A DNA stretch of 32,000 bases from Promethearchaeota archaeon (GTDB lineage Archaea > Asgardarchaeota > Lokiarchaeia > Sigyniarchaeales > Promethearchaeaceae): positions 150,001 through 182,000 of the forward strand of contig JAFGBS010000004.1 in NCBI GenBank assembly GCA_016933055.1, written 5' to 3'. The notes below the pieces were generated by a model. It was not told where the DNA came from, did not search any database, and was given only the letters and a program-made list of their open reading frames with translations. Shown piece by piece: positions 25,855 through 32,000 of the stretch (within the stretch, counting starts at the first letter, position 1; the number at the start of each line of letters is the position of its first letter). The position numbers were made by a program, and so were the translations under genes.

Positions 25855-27306
25855 TTATTCTTCAGTTTTATGTACTTGCTCTCCCCAATAGTGTTCCTTG
25901 GGATTTGGGTCTAACGTTGTTGTAATCTCGGAAATATTTTCTTCAATACCTTGCATAATTAAATATCCCGAGTTTAACTCTCTATCTGTGATCTCCCCTG
26001 CTATATTGGTAGTCATAATTTCTTTTACTTCAGTTATATTTCGTGTATGCCCTAATGTCCAAATCAATTTAGCATACGCTGCTGAGGGTAGCATATTATC
26101 TCCCTCAATTACTCCTAAAGCTAACATATCTCTACCTGTTTCGTATACTCGGAGATTTGTGTACCCAAAAAGAGGCTCTACAACAATAACTACTGGTATT
26201 TCTTGTTCTTGGGCACGTTCTAAACCTGGGAAGAAATCACTTGGGACATGTCCCAATCCGGTTCCTAAGATTACCACTCCATGGTATCCCAAATCAATGA
26301 TAGAGTTAAGTATATCTGGATTACAACCAGGATAAGAATATAGGATTGCCACCTTAGGATCAATTTTTGCATCAAGATAAGTATCTTCCGTGTTCCCACG
26401 TTGTTTTATATCAGTTTTAAAAAACATTATATTCTGTTTTGAGTCGATCATTCCTAACGGGATATCACTTAGCGTTTTGAATGCATCTCGTCTACTTGAA
26501 TGCATTTTCCGAACACGAGTTCCCCGATGGATAAGATTATAAGTATCAGATGTATTACCATGCATGCATACAACCACTTCTGCTAAATCTGCATATCCTG
26601 CAATAGTGCTTGCATTGATAATATTCATAGGCCCATCGCTAGACGGTCTATCTGAACTTCTTTGCGACCCCACGATGACAATGGGGGCTGCAAGATCTTT
26701 AAAGAAAAAGGACAATGCTGATGCCGTAAATGCCATTGTATCAGTTCCATGACCAATAATTACCCCACTTGCCCCATTATGAAATTCTTGGAGAATGGCT
26801 TCAGCAGTTTTTACCCAATATTCTGGTTTGAAGTTTTCAGAGAGGATGGAATAAATCTTTTTAGGAGTCAGATTGCAAATGTTCATCAGTTCTGGAACCG
26901 CACTAAAAAGTTCCTCTGGGGTGAATGCTGGTAAAACAGATCCTGTTCGATAGTCTAAACGAGATGCAACTGTCCCTCCCGTTCCCAGTAATGATACATT
27001 TGGTAATTCCTTTTTAGTTTTTACATCAATTTCAGGTAGATGATAGTCTCCCTTCTGGTATCCGATTTCGGTGATTTTGCATTCATCGGTAATTTTTACA
27101 CCAATGTTATAACCAGTATCAACTTTTACGACCAAATAATCTTCGGCAGTGTGTTCACTACGAGGAAGTACCACACCCTCATAAATAGAATTTCCTCTCA
27201 CTACTTTTACTACAGACCAAACCCCTATCTTTTCCCTAATTAGTCTTTCTCGTAACTTCGATCTGTATCCCGTAGGTTCTCGCACTGAATTTTTCTTGTT
27301 TGGCAT
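25855..27306 (-). CDS. gatD: Glu-tRNA(Gln) amidotransferase subunit D, paralog B
   Basis: N-terminal GatD domain (TGYNIGV), TGGTVASRLDY, HGTDT, GSQRSSDRPSSD, RGTRVRKMHSSRRDAF, GTGLGH; extra ~27-aa C-terminal tail. Start ATG 27306 or GTG 27315. Confidence 0.95.
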   Translation of the reverse strand: MPNKKNSVREPTGYRSKLRERLIREKIGVWSVVKVVRGNSIYEGVVLPRSEHTAEDYLVVKVDTGYNIGVKITDECKITEIGYQKGDYHLPEIDVKTKKELPNVSLLGTGGTVASRLDYRTGSVLPAFTPEELFSAVPELMNICNLTPKKIYSILSENFKPEYWVKTAEAILQEFHNGASGVIIGHGTDTMAFTASALSFFFKDLAAPIVIVGSQRSSDRPSSDGPMNIINASTIAGYADLAEVVVCMHGNTSDTYNLIHRGTRVRKMHSSRRDAFKTLSDIPLGMIDSKQNIMFFKTDIKQRGNTEDTYLDAKIDPKVAILYSYPGCNPDILNSIIDLGYHGVVILGTGLGHVPSDFFPGLERAQEQEIPVVIVVEPLFGYTNLRVYETGRDMLALGVIEGDNMLPSAAYAKLIWTLGHTRNITEVKEIMTTNIAGEITDRELNSGYLIMQGIEENISEITTTLDPNPKEHYWGEQVHKTEE

Positions 27307-27311
27307 TTTTC

Positions 27312-29033
27312 TCACACCTTCTTTGGTTCTAGATATTTCTGCGCTGCAAAATCATAGATATTATTTTTTTTCTTTAATCCTTGCTGAATTACTATTTTTA
27401 TCTCTTCCACGCCCATATCGGAGGTGTTTACTCCCTTTCGACGAAGATGTTTCAAAGTTTCCGTCAAATAAGAGTAAGCTATTATAGGTTTTATGTTATA
27501 ATCTTTAATTAATATCAAGAAGTCATCCAAACGGTTTTCATGGACTAAATTCTGCAATTGATTGAATTTTAATCCATATTTTTCCGAAAATTCTTTTTCT
27601 AACTCCCATGGACGTTTCCCAACCTTAGATTTTAAGGATTGAATCCTTTGTAATTCTAAATCTAACGCAGGAGTATCAGTATCGGGATATAAGCGATCTT
27701 TTCCATGAATTACTCGTAAAAACTCCGAATTTCCGTTAGGTAGTAGTCTGCGTGTTTCTTGTGGAACACCATCTAGTGCATATTTCAACCGTTCAATAAT
27801 TTTTTTCATTGCATGAATTGTCCACGAATTTTTTCCCATTGCAACACAATACGCATCACGTTCCGTTATATCCAACACATCACAAATTTTTCCATCTAAA
27901 CTCTTATCGATCAATGGAAATAAAAAGGGTAATTTTTTATTTCTTCTACGTTGGGCGTTATCAGAAAGTTCATCTGAATGATACATGTGCTCTACCAGAA
28001 TTCCGCTGATTAAACTTGCTTTTTCAAATACATCTTGACCAAAATCCTTTCCTGGTTGTATTTCTAATCCTAAGATTCCTTTAAATTTGGGCAACCGAAT
28101 TGCCATGACGCTTAATCCTTTTGGAATGCTATCAGAGGGAAATTCTTCTGTGATTTCATAATAAGTATGTTCTAAATGTGACTTTTCAAAACCTCGCTCC
28201 TTTAATATCCCTGCAATCTGAATTAACATATCCTGTCTGACTATTTCATGCCTCGCAAGTGTATCAAACATAGAAAGATCTTGAACTCCCTTAATTTCAA
28301 CCCGATCTCCGCCTTTAATACTGATATTTACATCTTGACGAACCGAACCTATGCCGGTTCTTCCGATTCCACTAAGTCTTAAGGTTAATCCGATGATTTC
28401 TCCTAGTTTTTTCAAATCCGTAGGATTTGTGCAATCTAGATGGTCCGTAATCACCTCCACCAAGGGAATTCCCAATCGATCCAGATTATAATACACCGTA
28501 CGTCCGAAATTCTCCGTTTTTAGTTTTCGGGCTGCATCCTCTTCTACAGTTAAATTTGATATTCGCACCCTTTTCCCGTTCACCTCTACCCACCCATCTC
28601 TGGCTACAATTAAAGTACGCTGAAAACCGGTTGTGATAGAGCCATCCAAATATTGTTTCCGGGCTACTATCCCAACATCCACCAACGCTGAGCAATTTAG
28701 CCAGTGTGCTAGTTGATACCCCGCATAAATTGCCTCTAAGTCTGGCCAAAACGGTGGTTGTTCATCTTGTTCGTATAAACATGTGCATTCCGTATAAGCA
28801 TGATAGATAACACGATATCCTTTCTCGTATTCAATTAACATTCCCTCATCAAAATCACCCATTTCTCCTAATACAGGACGGAAACGCCGTTCGAACATAT
28901 AATCAGGAGTCTCCGTTCGTAATTCTGGTTTACAATTACAAAATAGTTTCCGCTTAGATTGGATTTGGTGGTGGACTTCTAAACCAGCTCTAAAACCAAT
29001 CTCTTCAAATGAAATTGTTTCGGGATCGAGCAT
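27312..29033 (-). CDS. gatE: Glu-tRNA(Gln) amidotransferase subunit E, paralog B, lacking the C-terminal Yqey-like tail
   Basis: GLEVH, KLFC, RKQYLDGS..GFQRT, EEDAAR, LDRLGIPLVE, RQDVNISI, EIKGVQ, RLYPDTD; ends 120 aa after YPDTD. Confidence 0.93.
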   Translation of the reverse strand: MLDPETISFEEIGFRAGLEVHHQIQSKRKLFCNCKPELRTETPDYMFERRFRPVLGEMGDFDEGMLIEYEKGYRVIYHAYTECTCLYEQDEQPPFWPDLEAIYAGYQLAHWLNCSALVDVGIVARKQYLDGSITTGFQRTLIVARDGWVEVNGKRVRISNLTVEEDAARKLKTENFGRTVYYNLDRLGIPLVEVITDHLDCTNPTDLKKLGEIIGLTLRLSGIGRTGIGSVRQDVNISIKGGDRVEIKGVQDLSMFDTLARHEIVRQDMLIQIAGILKERGFEKSHLEHTYYEITEEFPSDSIPKGLSVMAIRLPKFKGILGLEIQPGKDFGQDVFEKASLISGILVEHMYHSDELSDNAQRRRNKKLPFLFPLIDKSLDGKICDVLDITERDAYCVAMGKNSWTIHAMKKIIERLKYALDGVPQETRRLLPNGNSEFLRVIHGKDRLYPDTDTPALDLELQRIQSLKSKVGKRPWELEKEFSEKYGLKFNQLQNLVHENRLDDFLILIKDYNIKPIIAYSYLTETLKHLRRKGVNTSDMGVEEIKIVIQQGLKKKNNIYDFAAQKYLEPKKV

Positions 29034-29084
29034 TTTGCGTCACATTAGTAGAGAATTATTGGAATAATAATGATTTTATAAGTT

Positions 29085-30446
29085 TTATTCTGTCCTTCCT
29101 TGAAGAATCCTATATCCTCGTATCTCTTCGCGTGGAAGGATCTCTCCTGCTATGTTTGTGATCATTAGGGTTCTAATTTCATCTTTCGATTCACATTCCC
29201 CTAGGATCCAGCAGAGTTTCGCGAACGCTGTTTCGGGGATCATGTCTGCGGGGATAACTCCTAAATCCTTCAATTTTCGTCCATTAGAATATACGTCCAT
29301 TCCAGTAAATCCCCATAATGTTTGTAAAGCCATAACTACTGTAACGTCTTCGGAAGTCGCACGGTCAATCGCTTTAAAAGTATGATTTGGAGCGTGTCCC
29401 AACCCCGTACCTGCAAAAACCATTCCTTTATATCCCTTATCAATATAAAAATCTATTATTTCTGCAGACATGCCGGGATAGATATGCACTAATGCACATT
29501 TGGACTCTATTTTTGTGGAGCACACTGTATCAACATCCGAATTCACCTCAGATTTACGAACCAGATTATTTTTAAACCAAGTGATTTCACCATGATCAAT
29601 TTTTCCAAGAGGAATATCTCCAATTGTTTTAAATGCATCACGGGCAGAAGAATGCATTTTTCGTACACGAGTCCCTCGGTGAATATATCCAAAAGTATGG
29701 GAAGAACTACCAAGCATACATAACACGACTTCTGCTATATCTCCGTTTGCAGCCAACTGAGTTGCATGAATCAGGTTCATAGCAGCATCAGATGACGGGC
29801 GATCCGAAGATCTCTGACTACCCACAAAAACTACGGGTATTTTAAGATTTTTAACTAAGAAGGATAATGCCGCCGTGGAATATCCGATGGTATCGGTACC
29901 GTGCCCAATTACTACTCCATCTATCTCTTTGTTACTTAAAGAAGCAACTTCTTTTGCTAGCCTTAACCAATTTTTAGGCTCCATATCCTCGGAGAAAATT
30001 TTAAACACAATTTTTGTATCCAAGTTACAAATATCAGCAAGTTCTGGCACAGCGGCATATAATTCATGGGGTTGAAAAGCTGGTATCACTCCCCCTGTCA
30101 CATAATCTAGTCGAGACGCAATTGTGCCTCCAGTTCCTAATAAAGTCACATTGGGTTTAGCTCTATCTTTAGGAACTGAAACCCCTTTGAATTCCACTTT
30201 CATGGGGGGGTTTTTACCTACAACCCGAACAGTATCCAAATCTTGCACTTTTATCCCAATATTATACCCATTTTTCAACTTGATCTCGATATACCCATCC
30301 TCTGCAAACTGATTCCTGGGTAATATTATTCCTTGAAAGATTGAATTTCCTTTTTTGATCTCCACCTTATCCCATGCTTCAATATCATGTTCTTTGAAAA
30401 ATTTCTTGGATATATGCTTGTAACCTTTAGGTAAATTTGAAGGCAT
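29085..30446 (-). CDS. gatD: Glu-tRNA(Gln) amidotransferase subunit D, paralog A
   Basis: LKNGYNIGI, TGGTIASRLDY, HGTDT, GSQRSSDRPSSD, RGTRVRKMHSSARDAF, GTGLGH. Confidence 0.95.
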   Translation of the reverse strand: MPSNLPKGYKHISKKFFKEHDIEAWDKVEIKKGNSIFQGIILPRNQFAEDGYIEIKLKNGYNIGIKVQDLDTVRVVGKNPPMKVEFKGVSVPKDRAKPNVTLLGTGGTIASRLDYVTGGVIPAFQPHELYAAVPELADICNLDTKIVFKIFSEDMEPKNWLRLAKEVASLSNKEIDGVVIGHGTDTIGYSTAALSFLVKNLKIPVVFVGSQRSSDRPSSDAAMNLIHATQLAANGDIAEVVLCMLGSSSHTFGYIHRGTRVRKMHSSARDAFKTIGDIPLGKIDHGEITWFKNNLVRKSEVNSDVDTVCSTKIESKCALVHIYPGMSAEIIDFYIDKGYKGMVFAGTGLGHAPNHTFKAIDRATSEDVTVVMALQTLWGFTGMDVYSNGRKLKDLGVIPADMIPETAFAKLCWILGECESKDEIRTLMITNIAGEILPREEIRGYRILQGRTE

Positions 30447-32000
30447 CTATTCTTCCTCCTTTTTTAATAAATTAGTCATTTCTGATTTGACTACTTGAGA
30501 GACTATCTTTCCGTCTATTTTTCCCCTTACTTCTTTCATTACTTCACCCATTATGGGACCCATTGCCCCCATCTGACGTTCACGAATAAGAGAAACAAAG
30601 CTTGGCATCAATGACTGCACGATCTTTCTTAGTTCTTCAATACTCATCGAGGTTATGTCCATAGTTTGCATAGCATCTTTAATTGTGGACTGGGGCTGGT
30701 CACACAAATATGCTAATATCTCTTCAATTGCCTCCTTTGCTATCAGTTTTTTTTCAAGTAACTCAAAAATGCGCACAAAATGGGAATCTTTTAGATTCTC
30801 TACTTCTTTTCCATCTCTTCTGAGAGTTTTAATCGTTTCTAATAACGTGCTAACGATGATTGTGGGTTTTCCAGAATATACTTTAAGGATTTCTTCCAAT
30901 AGTTGAAGATTTCCATCAAGAGTGAGTTGCTCTAATGACTCGTGAGGAATTTTATATCTTTTCTCGAACTCCTTCATTACTTCCCAGGGATAGCGTGGAA
31001 GATTTGCTTGGATTTGTTTTAATTTTTCAGAAGAGATGGGTATTTCTCTTGAATCTGTATCGGGATATAATCGTTTTGCACCATGTAATTCGCGTAAGAA
31101 TTCCGTATTTCCATCCTCTAAGGCTTTACGGGTCTCTTCTGGTACTCCCTCCAAAGCTTTGATTAACCGATCTCTAACAATTTCAAATGCTTGAAACAAT
31201 CGGTCAGGCTTTCCTAAAATCAATACAAATAAATCCTTTTCATCACATTTCAAGGACTTCTTAATATCTAAGATTTCTGATTCGGAAAATTGATACTTGG
31301 AGAGAACTTCATCGCTATGAATTAATCCTTTTAAACCAGTTATTGATCCCATTTTACTAGCAATTTCTGTACCAAATCTACGCCCTTCTTGAATTTCTTC
31401 TCCCCAAAGAGCGTGCATATTTGGTACCCTCCATCCCCAAACCAATTTCCCCTTTTTTACTCCGTTACGAACAAATTTACATTTAGTTTCTTGGAATATT
31501 TCCGTTATATCTAAAGGATTGTCAGTAAAACTAGTGGGTGTCAATTTTCGCTTTAACATTTCATTGCGTATATCAAGAAGCGCTAATTGCCGAGTCACCT
31601 CATTTCGAATTAAAATGGGAATCCAATCTAATTTTTGTACCCCTTTGATCTCGATACGGGCTCCTCCCTTTATGGAAACATTGAGATCTTGACGGATAGC
31701 TCCTAAAATCTTCTTTACCTTTCCTGTACTTCTCAGAAGGATACCTATTCGCAATGCAGCTAAGCGTGCTTCTTCTGGTTCATTAATATCGGGTGCAGTT
31801 GTAACCTCTACTAATGGAATTCCTAAACGATCTAATCGAAATTGGATCATATTTTCTTTCTCTCCGGATCTTCTACAAGAATCTTCTTCAAGACAAAGTA
31901 ATTCAATACCAATGTTTTTGTGTTCAGAAATTGGAATATCTCCATTAATCCCAACTATGGCAGTCCTTTGAAAGCCTGCAGGAACACTTCCATCAACATA
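30447..32000 (-). CDS. gatE: Glu-tRNA(Gln) amidotransferase subunit E, paralog A (5' end beyond window)
   Basis: The frame stays open past 31850 to the window edge (YVDGSVPAGFQRTAIVG...LEEDSCRR...), then LDRLGIPLVE, RQDLNVSI, RLYPDTD and a full C-terminal MGEVMKEVRGKIDGK Yqey-like domain. Confidence 0.95.
   Translation of the reverse strand, partial: YVDGSVPAGFQRTAIVGINGDIPISEHKNIGIELLCLEEDSCRRSGEKENMIQFRLDRLGIPLVEVTTAPDINEPEEARLAALRIGILLRSTGKVKKILGAIRQDLNVSIKGGARIEIKGVQKLDWIPILIRNEVTRQLALLDIRNEMLKRKLTPTSFTDNPLDITEIFQETKCKFVRNGVKKGKLVWGWRVPNMHALWGEEIQEGRRFGTEIASKMGSITGLKGLIHSDEVLSKYQFSESEILDIKKSLKCDEKDLFVLILGKPDRLFQAFEIVRDRLIKALEGVPEETRKALEDGNTEFLRELHGAKRLYPDTDSREIPISSEKLKQIQANLPRYPWEVMKEFEKRYKIPHESLEQLTLDGNLQLLEEILKVYSGKPTIIVSTLLETIKTLRRDGKEVENLKDSHFVRIFELLEKKLIAKEAIEEILAYLCDQPQSTIKDAMQTMDITSMSIEELRKIVQSLMPSFVSLIRERQMGAMGPIMGEVMKEVRGKIDGKIVSQVVKSEMTNLLKKEEE

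Noticed and set aside
392-31162. Numerous 60-145 aa ORFs antisense to or nested in long genes (e.g. 2946..3287, 9131..9490, 20429..20824, 25152..25514, 25898..26335)
   Set aside because: They overlap well-supported genes, show no recognisable motifs, and are the expected shadow ORFs.
31848-31850. ORF-track start of gatE-A at 31850
   Set aside because: The frame is open to the window edge and encodes conserved DGS..GFQRT and LEED motifs; the real start is outside the window.
25855-32000. Assembly artefact explanation for the gatDE duplication
   Set aside because: The copies differ extensively, including indels and different termini, so they are not duplicated reads.

Overview
AT-rich, gene-dense archaeal chromosomal segment. 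Archaea-specific GatDE, PAN, archaeal pelota, uL2 and a tungsten AOR, together with a Rab-like GTPase and stand-alone LRR proteins, suggest an Asgard (Lokiarchaeia-like) genome; this is inference. From left to right: a partial MoxR-like AAA+ gene and hypF; a bacterial-type metV-metF pair; a membrane-anchored CE15 esterase; an 8-kb catabolic cluster (D-2-hydroxyacid dehydrogenase-class II aldolase fusion, FGGY kinase, Fe-ADH, AOR) interleaved with three SCP2-fold genes; a RimI-like GNAT, an unannotated 53-aa ORF, pelota and a radical SAM gene; a divergent NusA-like KH protein and a degenerate Rab-like GTPase whose last 25 bp are tandemly duplicated; a probably decayed gene; two LRR genes; a VTC/CYTH tunnel-enzyme pair; solitary rpl2; PAN; and two diverged gatE-gatD pairs in tandem. 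The strongest candidates for undescribed biology are (1) the second GatDE pair, whose GatE keeps the catalytic core but lacks the C-terminal Yqey-like tRNA-binding tail, (2) the VTC-like plus CYTH operon, and (3) the SCP2-rich kinase/aldolase/aldehyde-processing cluster. No tRNA, rRNA, CRISPR array or intact mobile element was recognised.
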